Shown here: positions 14,210-27,253 of the stretch, piece after piece
Numbering within the stretch: the first letter of the stretch is position 1
Layout: each line of letters opens with the position of its first letter
Assembly (NCBI GenBank): GCA_012295275.1
Contig: CM022667.1
Span: 620,001-684,000, forward strand
Source: Chrysomallon squamiferum
Taxonomy: Eukaryota > Animalia > Mollusca
DNA: 64,000 bases
Direction: 5' to 3'
Made by a program: the position numbers and the translations under genes
The notes under the pieces: model-generated
The model's input: the letters and a program-made list of their open reading frames with translations, nothing else
What the model was told of the DNA's origin: nothing
The model's database searches: none

Positions 14210-16142
14210 GACACACACACACAGACACACACTTTGTTCGTTCAGGACAATGAGATATTTTACCTCGTTAGTCGATGGAGTGTTTAACATCTGTCAGTCC
14301 TAAAAATGATTTCCATTGTGTAAATAGCTTGTGTATAATTTCGGCGATTTTTTTTTTTTTTTTTTTTTTTTTTTCCAAACAAGGGATGTTGAAACCAACA
14401 ACAAAATCGGCGGCCCCTGATGGGCTAAAATGAAATAATAAAGAGAAAAGTTAATAAACAGATGCAGCCATAACACCCACGCACTTACTTACACACACAA
14501 ACTCACACCTACGCTTGTAAAAAAAGTCAATAAAAAAAAAAATATATATACATGTATATATATTTTATTGACAGAAGTATATACAAATACTTTTTTGTCT
14601 GTTTAAAATGTCGATCTGTTCATTAGCAAATCTAATACTTGTACATGTATATATAAATTCATACACTGTCAGTACATCAACAAATATTGTTATTTATAAC
14701 ACATGTATCACTTAGTACCAGAAGTGTATTACACACAGTAAATAAAGACATTATAAAACGACTAAATTAATTTATTGTTATGACTCACACAGAACAGCAT
14801 TTTCTTTAAAAAAAAAAAAAAACATATTCACCACCAAAACGTAACAACACACACATTCGAACATAAACACATACAAAGCATACACACACATATACATACA
14901 ATACAAGCATCCACATTCACACACTGTAAGGTTCAGTATAGCCAGAAAGTGCTGCTATTTTGTTAAACACATCGATTTTATTTCTTTTTTTTCTCTCTCT
15001 CTTCTTTATAACCAAGCGTATTTCATCTTCAAAGTTATAATATGGTTATGATGGCGCCTCCACATCTTTTGATATCCAGAATCCATCATCGCAGTTTATT
15101 ACATCAGTAGATACTGTGTGTTTTTTTTTTAAATAACATACACATAACTAAGTTTAGCCGTTCGTTTATACATTAAAATATTTAATAATAACAGTCTAAA
15201 AATAATAATAATAACAAAAAACAAATAAAAAACATACACAGTCTCGTTTATGTTATAATTTTTAAACCTGTATTTATACTTCACATATAAATATTTTAAA
15301 AATTATTACGACCTTTTAAAAAATTTGAAGAAAAAAAAAAAACAACAAATGAAAGCAAACTAAATGTGATGTGATATCTTATCACATGGAAAATACACGA
15401 GTCTTTTTATCTACTCCCTAAATTTGGATTCCTTTCTTTTTTTTTTTTTTTTTTTTTCTTCTTCTACTTATTTTTGTCTTAGCACTTAAAGAACTTTTAC
15501 GAAGTGAGAAGAACGAAATAAATCATTATCATGCTGTATTAGATTACACCAGATACAAAACCTTCCACGGAACAGAAATTTGTCACAAAGATTACATTCC
15601 ATTGTGATTTAAGGACTTTTAAACGTAATGGGGCTGACTGACACATCTCGGTAATTTTCAAATACGTAAATAACTGCATTCCATTTGTCAAAATTACGAG
15701 CGCTGTGGCCTACATTTTGTGGTTCCACACCAGTATAATTGGTTAAAGTTATGTGTGAAATATTAATCCAAATTGCCCAAGTTAATAATGGGACTGCAGA
15801 AAACGATTTCTGCATCTGAGTGGTAAGCAGTTTACTATAAAGTGAAACAGAAATACCCTGATACAAACAAGCCACAACCCCCCTTATAAAAACGAATATA
15901 ATCTACAACTATTTTATCGTTAAAAACTCGAACCCTTGTCACTGAAAAAACAGATCATCCAAAATAGCCACTTCTTGTTTTTTTTTTCTAACCAATGAAT
16001 TTTTTCCTCCCTGTTATGAAACTGGTTTTATTTTGAAACTTATGTCATCATCATTATTCCACTAACAATGGTGGCCTTTCAGAATTGGCCATTTTAAATT
16101 TTTTATTTATTACTTCTTGTATAGTAGTTTAAAATAAACATG

Positions 16143-16395
16143 TTTGCACTTTTTGACAGATATCTGGGTCCGCCCTCATATTTAACTTAAAAGATTTTAA
16201 TACATTAATTTACACAGGCAAAACTGTTTTATTTATTATAATTTATAATGTTACAAAGTTATTTTTAAAATGCATGTTTACTCTCTCGAGTGAAATCTTG
16301 TAACGTCGCTGTCATATGTTATTTATCGCTCTATACATAAATAAGCCTTTACAATAACAAAATTTGCACTCTGACAGAAATCTGGGACCGCCCCT
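16143..16395. repeat. Direct repeat of about 35 bp (TTTGCACT..TGACAGA.ATCTGGG.CCGCCC) at 16143-16176 and 16363-16395; related ends in the opposite orientation at 10857-10875 and 30928-30947
   Basis: Aligned by eye; GGGGCGGATCCAG-type ends resemble termini of short invertebrate interspersed elements. Confidence 0.5.
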
Positions 16396-18630
16396 ATTAT
16401 CTTTTATACTCTGCATTATTTCCTTGTTGTTTCAAACATAACATATCAGGATTTTGAACTGAACTTTTATTCTTATAGTACAAAAATACTTGTAGTTCGT
16501 AGACAAGTCTTCTTTTCAGACGTCCTGAATTGAACTGGAGTATGGTCAGACGAAACCCGTCGTTTTCCCGCCTAATGTTAACAGGTATCTCGCTGGGTAT
16601 TACGATCATAACATACACGAGTAACAAACTACCATAAACCAGTAATGCGGCTGATAGAATACGCATGCGTGCGCAGCTGGTTTTTACAACTGTTAATTTG
16701 TTAACACTTTTTTTTTTTTTTTTATATATATCTAGCCAATAAATCTTTTTGTAAATTTTTTTTTTTTAAAAGAAGAAGAATGAAAATGATATAGTTACTA
16801 TAGAATGCACATGTTGAACAGATTTTAGCTAAATTTTCGACCAGGAATATCTTTCAGTATGAGTCTTAGTTTCATGGTGTGTGTAATAAATAGAACAGTT
16901 GTGTTTCTGCCAGGCAAATATTAAAATGTGCTGTGGTTTTATTTAACATATTCATTCATTCCAATATTTGGTACTCGCATTTTCCAGTTGGGATCTTATT
17001 TGTCTTAAAAACCAGAATTTAAGTCCGATAAAATAACTTCAGATTTCGCTTCTGTCAAAATATCGTTAAGATCTGAATTCTTGTCTCGTTAAACCCATTC
17101 AGTAATCAAAAATAAAACAAAACAAAACAAAAATAAAAATAAATAAATAAATAAAGCTAGTACTGCTGTTTATTCCAAATCTTTTTCTATATTTATTATA
17201 TTACGTGGTTAGGAAACCGGATCCAGTAATGATATTACCTTGACCAGAGATCCAGAGATTCGAATAAAAAAAAAATGGAAAATGATTTTCACATTAATTC
17301 AGTCTGAACTTTCATCTTCTCACCGACGACTTTTTGTAAAGGTCAAAAATGAAATAGGATTGTGCAGCCATTACATAATCCGTGATCAGTTTCACTGGAT
17401 TTAAAATATTTGTAATCAATAGTGCAGTAATACGATTGTGTGTGCATATATAAGTATAATTATATGTTTGTACGTGTGTATTTGCACTTGTGTTCATAGC
17501 TTTTTATCTTTAGACCTATACCTATTTATAAAAAGGCGTCTGTTCGTGTGTGAGTGTGCAAGTGTTTGTGTATCTGTGCCTGCGAGTCTGGGCACTGAAA
17601 GGACGTCCATATTCATGTATATCTGGGAGTATATTTAGATATGTGATAATGTACGCAAGCGCAGTACAAATGTACATAGAAACATATGCAGATGCTTAAT
17701 TATATTATAGATACATCGAAAATACCTTCGACAACGCTCTAAGAGCTGGAGAAAATAAATATTTATCAACGGTTTACCGTGAATATCACATTTCTCAGTT
17801 TATTACTTCTAGTCTAGCTAACCTGCGCCAATTGTTAATTATCTGCCTCGGCGCTGAACACGAGAGCAGCAGCAGCAGACCCGATCCAACATGGCGGCGA
17901 TATTGATTGGCAGTTCTCTGAGACCGGCAGCCATTCTCACACCTTATTAGTATGTGTTATCGCCATCTGGCAGTTGTCGATATATTTTCTTTTTCTATTC
18001 TGTACGCGCGCGGTTTACATATTTTCGATTGTTCCCGGATATTGCTGGGGAAAAATGCATTTTATATACGTCGTTCGCTTGCCTGTTAAGCAAAATGGTT
18101 GATATTACTGCTGCTGCAACAGCAAAGTAAATAATAATAAATTAACTTGTCATAAGCATAGACAAGAAAATCTGAATATTAAATTTATTTATCAATACAG
18201 TTATTTATATTTTTGTTGCTATTATTTCGACTGTTTATTATTATTTATATAATTTATGCAGCCTAATTAATATAGAAAAGTTTATGTTGCATACTGATAT
18301 TGTTCATAACATTTTTTTATATCTACTTAAATTGTATTCCATACATGTAAACCTATCTATTAACTATAAATAAAATAAATTGTAGTAATTTAAATTGAAC
18401 GATGATGATGTCAGTTATTCTGTGTTTTCTCTCTTTCTTTCTTTATCACACACACACATACAGAGATATACACAAACACACTTCAATTGTTTAGGTTCTG
18501 TTCTTGATAATGCGTGGTTTAACCATCTGTCATTTTGATAAAAATGCAATTTCGACTTTGGTCAATATACCTTTTTGTGCGGATGATCAACATCTGGTAA
18601 CAGGTGTTCCAAATCCTGAATGAGAGTACA

Positions 18631-18713
<83 letters not shown>

Positions 18714-20432
18714 GTTATATAAATTCTCGTTAAAATCTAGCGCATGCGCTAATTGTAATGCAAATATCACCCAGAAATTTCTAACACAATGTTTTCGAAA
18801 ATTGTACATGTTAAATGTATAGCGAAGGTGTGTGTGTATAAATGAAAATTTGGAGATTGTTGGTATTGTCAGTTATTCACAAATTTAACATGTCAAAGTA
18901 TCCTTGAGTCTCTGAAATGCTATTATCTTAAAGCATAACTGTTATAAGATGAATGACCTTTTATTGTTAAATATCAGAGAAAAAATAATTAAAATAAAGA
19001 AAACGTGTTTCGGTTGTTTTGTGATATCATTTATTTTTTATATATATATTCTAATACACGTGAATGAAAAAAAAAAAATATATATATATATATATATATT
19101 GTTTACCGATGCGCTTAAATTTCATATCCAAACACCGAAATAGGACAGTGTTGAAATAAACACAGTTAATCATAGCTTTATTTTGTTGCTCTATTGATCT
19201 CTGGGCAAGTGCTAATTCATGTAACATGTGGTGCGCAGAAGTTAAGGAGGGAATTAACCACCACAAGGCAATTTATTGACAGTTTAATACTTCAAGTCCT
19301 TGTTGCGTATCTCCAATTTTATTTACTTATTATTACTTTTATATAGATTTGTACACGTCTTACCTGAATTATGAAGAAAAAAGTAAGTTAATAAATTTAT
19401 GAAATTAATATCAGCTTTAATAAAAAAAAAAAAAATGAACAAATGAGCGTATAAAACATACAGACCGGTTACAGTGAAATAATTAACATCTGGTTATAAA
19501 TACACAATGGAAGTCTGTTTCGACAAAAGAATATCGATAAATAAATTTCATAATACCACGTTTGAGATTAAAATTATTCCATTTTTCTTTCTCGTTATTT
19601 TTCTTTTTCTCTTGGTTCATAAGTTTATTATTATTATTATTATTATTATAGAAATAAATAGCTAAAAACACTTATTTCATTAACATTTTAACTGATATAT
19701 ATATATTATCAGAATTTTGTTACAGGCAATGAATGATAAACGAAATATTACTTGGTTAATCATCTGCTCTTTTTTTAAACAACGCCCTTTCTCTAGCGCA
19801 TCAACTGCTGAAAAAGAAAATCTTGTTAATAAATAATGCATCTGCTAAATCTGCTAGCTGAAGATCGATGCTGGTTGTTGTAAATTAAAAAAAACAATAA
19901 TAAAAAAATAAAAAATAACAATAATAACAACAATGACAAATAATAATAATAATAAAATCATCTCTGCATTGCCTAGATCAAAAATTATTTCAGGAGTCTT
20001 CAGATGTTATCGGACGCGAAAACCAGAATTTCGCACTTTGCGAATTTAATGGCTGGCCAGGAATAATTATGTGAATGAATCCGCAACATATTGTCATTAA
20101 ATATAGATGGCTGCTAAAATGCCGGCTGAATGGCACCGCGTTCTGAACGCACGCGACTGGCACGCGCCGCGCGCTGTTGGCCTATAATGTAATGTATGCA
20201 TCCGGGCATTGCCGCTATTGATTTCTGTTTATTTATCGTGCAGCTAGGAGATACAGTTGTCGCGGTCATCAGCGTGGTATGGCGTTTATCATAGAAGTAT
20301 GATTCAGAGCTTGAAATGTTCAGTGAAAAAAAAAAAAAAAAGAAAAAGAAAAGAATGAAAAAAAAAGAATCTCAATTTAATAGACAAAACAATGAAAGTA
20401 AAACCAGTTATTCCCGCGTTCTTTTTTATTCT

Positions 20433-20467
<35 letters not shown>

Positions 20468-20548
20468 AATAATAAATAAATTAATAATAATAATAATAAT
20501 AATACTACTACTACTACTAATAATAATAATAAATAAATAGATTAATAA

Positions 20549-20661
<113 letters not shown>

Positions 20662-22072
20662 AGTAATAAAATAAATAAATAGAAATATTCTAAATTTCCA
20701 AATTGCTTCACCATATTTTTGTTGATAATCCAAGTAACAGGGAATCCATTATTTGCTAATCTTATCGCGTATGAAAGTCTGCTCTTCAAGAACACGCTAT
20801 GTAGGTTAATATTTATATATACAGATATTTTTAGCAGTAGTAATTTTAGAACATGAACATCGTTCGCGGTATTTCTTTTAGCTGTTTGTTGTTTCACAGA
20901 ATTTTTAAAAAAAGAACGAGAGAGAGAAACTTTTTTTCTTTTTTCAGTTTTTTTTGGGGGGTGCTATTTCAAAATCTTTTAATGTTAAATGCATCTTTAT
21001 TTATGTTTTTTTTTTTTTTTTTTTTGGCACTAGCTCACAAAATTTAAAAATATATATTTTTATATTTTTTATTAAAAAAACAATGAAGCATTAGTACTAA
21101 GTCTTTGACCTTGGCGTGGTTTCTGATAAAACTTAGCACAAGCCGTTTCTTTCAGTGGAATTTAGACCCAGTGGTTTCACTTCTCTCTTCATAATATATT
21201 ATCTACCTCACTTTAATTTTAAACTTTTTCTGTCGGGTGCTGGAGATGAATTTTATAGTGAAATTATATTTTAAAATGATCTTGCACAAGAATATCGCGA
21301 CTGTTCATTCACGTCAGCGTTACATTTTTACGTTAATTATTTATTTATTTGTTTATTTATTTATTTTGTTGTTGTGGATGCTGTTGCTATCATCATCATC
21401 ATCATCATTATTTTTTAAATATATATTTTAAACAATAGTGGAATAACTTCAATAAGGCAATAAATAAATAAAGAAAGAAAGAAATATAACATATATTTAA
21501 ACAAAAATTCGTTGAAAAATAAACTATTTTTGTAATGATTTAACGTAGATAATTCCTTCATCTCCACCCCCACCCCCCGCCATCCTAAATCCTCCATTTT
21601 TGAACTGGTCGCGCGCGGTTCAGTAGAATGAATGTATTGTTTACGAGAGAAAACTGCTAACTAGTACAATTATAGTACCGGTGCGATGCTGCTGCTGCTG
21701 CTGTTGTTGCTGCCGCCTTCGTTGCTGCAGGCCAATACCAGCTGTTGCCGTTTTCTGTGCGGCCGCGAGGTTTCCCAGCATATCCAGAAATAGGTGTGAC
21801 GTCACAGGTTGTGAGAATAAAGTTCAGCAGATATTGGCTAGTCACCAGCTTGGAAATAGAATCGTACATAAAAAAAAAAAAAAACCCAGAGATTCGACGG
21901 AAAGGACAAACTTTTCTCTTTCCTATCTTTCTTTCTTTCTTTCTTTCTTTCGTCTTCTTAGTATTAGTATTGGTATTTATTTATTAGTTTTAAGTAAAAG
22001 TGTGAAATATTGCTGTTCAGGTTAGATAATGTATTATTTAATTATATTTTAAATATACATGAAAAGATGTTT

Positions 22073-22141
<69 letters not shown>

Positions 22142-22264
22142 CTAATTGTCTCGTATTTCATAAAATGACTGAGACAATTATAATTTTTTATTTTGCTTTG
22201 CGTTAAAATATATTTTAATAAAGACTGTTTAATAGTTCAATACTGTGCTGTATAAAAATGTAGC

Positions 22265-22298
<34 letters not shown>

Positions 22299-23130
22299 TA
22301 GATAGATAGATTCAAAGATTTATAATATACATAATTATTTGTAAATTACTTCAAAATTAAAAAAAACAACAACAACAGTATATTGCACGAACTTGCGCGG
22401 ATTATATGTCATGGAAATATAATAACAGTAAGAACCGTTAACAATTCTTCTGTGACGAAAAACGCCTCGTGATATTAATAATTATTTCGATATCGATATT
22501 GTGATTTGGATGCTGCTGCCGCCTATTCATTCTGGCGAACGAACCCACAGCTGCTGTTTTTCCAGTTACTTTAAATACAGCGGAGAAGCATCACACGAAA
22601 CGAGAAAACTGTATGATTAATTAATGTGCTTGCATAAGCTACCACTACACTCACTGCCTACTCTACGTCTGCGCATCTTTCTACTTAACGTTCTAATAGA
22701 TTTATGGCCGTTGTCTGTTCATTCTCTTGCTAGGGAAAAAAAAAAAAAAAAAAAAAAAAATTATTCAAGATGTAAATCTATACGGTTGCCATTGGCATCA
22801 GTTGGGGGCGTAGGGTGTGGTTCGGCTCTGTTAGGAGGGTGTTGTGTGTAAGAATAAAGCCTAATTCTAAATGTACACACAGCATCGAGTATAAATATGC
22901 ATACACACATATATATATATTTATATATTTATTTAATACGTGTTCTTCGGTTCACAGGCGAGGAATGGTTAAAATAATTTATGTTAATTTATTTTTGCGA
23001 AAATTACATTGTAACCTTTTATGGTATCGGTTAATAGATTATTAAATGTAAGTAAATTGTATGGTAGATACAAACAGACACATACACACTTTCTTTTTCA
23101 CGTTGTCCATAACAGTTTTCTAAGTCTTCA

Positions 23131-23262
23131 AATTTCGACAGAACTTCAAGCCATAACAAGCAATACACTTTAAATATTTAGATCTAAACACCAGTGAGGT
23201 ATTATTCTTAAGAAAACGGTAATTATTTATTACTATTTATAACAGCAGCTAAATTCATTTAT
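23131..23262 (+). repeat. Dispersed repeat A copy 1 (copy 2 at about 30299-30440)
   Basis: Shared blocks CAGAACTTCA..AAGCCATAACAAGC.ATACACTTTAAATATTT and AAGAAAACGGTAATTATTTATTACTATTTAT. Confidence 0.85.
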
Positions 23263-24611
23263 CGTTCTTTTTAATCCATCTTTGACTAAAACAGTTATTC
23301 TTTATTAATCATTGGGATATAATTATTTTATATTCGTCTTTCGAGACATTAATTCTCCAAAATCAAAAATTATTCGTCTCAACCCAATCGCCATATTTTC
23401 TAGAAGATACACGTCGAATATTCTCGTTTTGTATTCCGACAGTTTACGATATTCGATATGACCGCGGCGCCGAATCTCGACTTGACCCGGAGTCAATCGA
23501 TGCCCGGTGCGATGAATCACTGATGCCCATGATATTGATTCCGGGAACCGTTGTTTCTTCTTTTAGTTATTTGGTATTGTATTTATAAAAGACGTGACCT
23601 ATTTATGTTGGATGTATTTAATTATGCACCCACTATATATATACAGAAACAACAACAAAATAAATAAATAAATAAAACATGAAACCACAATCGCTATATA
23701 ATTATGTAACGAGATATTATCTTAAGTAAATATTTTTCGATAAAAACCCAGAATACGGTTCACAACAGCTGGTTTTAGAAAGCCATTTTAATGTATACAG
23801 GATGGAATAATTCTGATTAAATGATTTTTTTGTAAAAACACTCTGTACTTTGTTTAACTGATATATATTTTGTGTTGGTTAACCTTTTTTCCAAAGCATT
23901 ACCTCAGTAGTTCGATTAATAGAATTCTTGATTAAGAAGATTTATTTATATATATATATATACATATATCTATATATACACGAGTTTCCATGTATACACG
24001 TTTTTAGGTGTATGTGTGTGTGTGAGTGTGTTTTTCTTTCTCTCTCTCTCTCTGTGTGTCTCTCTCTCACTCTATACAAACACACACACACATATACCTT
24101 TTATATTTTGGATGTGATCAATATATATATATATATATATATATATAACAAGAAGAACAAACTGTCTGCTCTAATTTTATATTCTATTTAAAAAAATTAA
24201 AAATGTTTTTAAAAAAAATAAAAATAAAATCATTGTATGTATTTTACCCCGCTAACCTACATTTTATCGTATATTTGGAAAATTTTGGCCGTTTGCTTCC
24301 GTTTAATTGCAGCTTTCCATATTTAGCGTTCTAGAGAACTTAGACACAAAAAGATCAACTTTAAATAGTCGTGAGCAGAAATATCTTTTATCCTCTAGTT
24401 CTCGAAAACCAAAATGGCGGACGGTATCAATGGTCTTGCCGTGATGTATTTTAATCCCTTGAATACAGCTGGTCTCCAAATATTCGCCTTTGTTCGGCTG
24501 CTGTCGGTGTATTTCACGAAAATTATCGGAAAAAAAAAAGAGACGTATATTAATTATTTTATGAGTAAAATCTTTTTCTCCTTTTTTTTTTTTTGTTTAA
24601 AAAAGAGAAAT

Positions 24612-24646
<35 letters not shown>

Positions 24647-25525
24647 TTTGTCTTTGTTTTGTAATATACTGCCATTAAGTAAAACTAGTTTAATAATACT
24701 AATTAGAATACTATAAAACCATCTTACGTTTCCAAATTCTTCAAATATGTTACGAAAATTGAAATCTGTAATGCATTATGAATATAAAAAATGTTCTTAA
24801 TAATATAAATAAATTAATTTATTAACTTTAAAATGCTAAATTTAAAATGCATTACTTCTTCATTGAAAGATACAGCAACTTTGATGCTCTGGATCGTATG
24901 CGTTAAAAAAACTAAAACTAAACTGAAGTAGAATGAAATTTGTTAAGCAGAATAAGTCTGGACAATGAATATTTATCAAATATATACATATATGTGATAG
25001 CTGAAACTTTAGAAAATACATTCGTCTTTTGTTTAAAACAACGATTATCATCTCAAGCATTACCATTATTATTATCTTCTTCGTTTAAAATATACTACTG
25101 TTTAGCTATTTGTTTTGTCTGAATAAGCACAAACAGCAGTTTTAACGTACGTTTCTTTAGGCTAACACCTTTCACAGCCATTAAATTTATGTTCGTTTAA
25201 AATCAAGAAATAATATTTCACAATATTGTACTTTGATATATTAATAAAGCACAATTTAATGTGATATATTGTAGAGATAGAAATTTGTTGGTTAGAAAAG
25301 AAAAACAGTACTGTTACTATATATCTACATAGTTACGAGGTACCATCGGTAAACAACTAAGAACCTTACCAATTTCCGGTGCTAATCATAATGCACGTTC
25401 CTTGTAATAGGATTGTCATTCTGAGAAACAAAGAATGATCCGAAGTATTTCATAAAAAGTGATCTGATTAATCCGCACAATTCAGTAATACTACTACTAA
25501 TAATAATAATAATGATGATGATGAT

Positions 25526-25560
<35 letters not shown>

Positions 25561-26275
25561 TTTAATTAAAAACATTAACTAAAACAGACTGATATTTATA
25601 TATTTTTATCTGGATTTCTCATTGGAAATTATCGTCTGCAACTAAAATCAGAATATCAAATGCAAGACAGGCAGCATCAATTTTTCTTTTTTCCTTTGGT
25701 ATTAAAAATAACCTGCCGCTGTTGAAGGGTGGAGTCGACGCTAGTCTATTCTGTTTGTCTCACGAAGAAGAAGAAGAAGAAAAAAAATCAATATTTCATC
25801 ACTGCAGATATTGCGTTAATACGAGTTGTCCAGGCGTAACCACAGAGCTATTTTTAAAAATCGATATTCGTCACGTGACTAGCGTGGCTTGTGCGGGTTG
25901 ACCCGACGTAGTATCAATGCCGTCTAATGAGATCTAATGACACAATAGCAAGAAGAGTTACTTATTATCGAAAGGTCAAAGGCCAATTTAGACGAGGTTT
26001 TCTATTGGACGACAGCTATATTGCATTAGTCGTTTGATCGAATAATTATCTTCAAAATTGCACAACCGAAATATTAGTCATTTCTACGCCTTGTTTTCCA
26101 AATGTTTCCTGCATTCAAAACAAGAAATAAGAAGTATCAGTAGAAATTTATGCATGACTTTTTGAAAAAAAAATAAAAAGAAAAAAAAGAAGCGATACCA
26201 ATATTACTTTCTGGATTTGTAAAATAAGCACAATGTTAAAGACTCTGTTTCCATATGCAGTTCATATAATCTGAT

Positions 26276-26333
<58 letters not shown>

Positions 26334-27212
26334 GCAGCAACAGCAACAACAACAAATGTTAATATAATAAAATGAAAAAAAAAAATGGTGATAAAATACA
26401 GTGATGGTTTCATTTTGATTAGTTAACTATATTATTCTAAACATAATTCCAAAAATTTATCTCGTTTAATTTAAATTCGTGTCTGATGTTTTACTAAAAT
26501 CATTTTGTGTTTTATAAAATATACTTCTCGTATCTATCTATACCAGTTACAATTATCTTCTGGAATCACTAATGTTCATTTTATTTTTTATTTCAAGAAC
26601 GGAATGTAACATCAGTTTAGAAAGTAGCTTTCTTTTTGCTTTATATCAGTTATACTAGTATCTATATTTAATTCAGACGACAAGAAAAAGACGTTTATTA
26701 TTAAAAACTTTACAATAAGCGTAGACAAATATAAAATGCAATAATATTTACTAATTCAAAAAACTACATTTATTTTATGTTTACTTAGCGGACATATCAT
26801 ATCTCCCATCTTTGTTAATTAAATAACATATTTCTTTACAGTTTGTTTATTTGAACTGTCAAACAATCTGTAAAATTAAATTAAATTAATATGGATTCTG
26901 TATCTCTGATAAACATTTGAGAACGATGATGATGATGATGATGATGATGATGACGACGACGACAATTAACGATTAGTACATTTTAATATATAATGAAAGT
27001 TGACACTGTATCACATATTCTGATCTAAGAATGTTGTTAGGTTTCGAAAATGAGTATAACACGTTTATCTTTTTTTTCTTCCCCTTCCTTTTCATTAAAA
27101 TTATCAGTATACAGAGCAGATATTAAAACAGTATAGAGCTACAAAACAAACAAAAATAACAACCAATGAATATTAGTTAAAATGTGTTACATCGAAGGTT
27201 CGTCTTATACAG

Positions 27213-27253
<41 letters not shown>

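Noticed and set aside
17891-17955. ATG in CAACATGGCGGCG with donor TA|GTATGT as an alternative first exon
   Set aside because: Splicing to exon 3 would create TAA; the ATG is more simply part of a YY1-like motif
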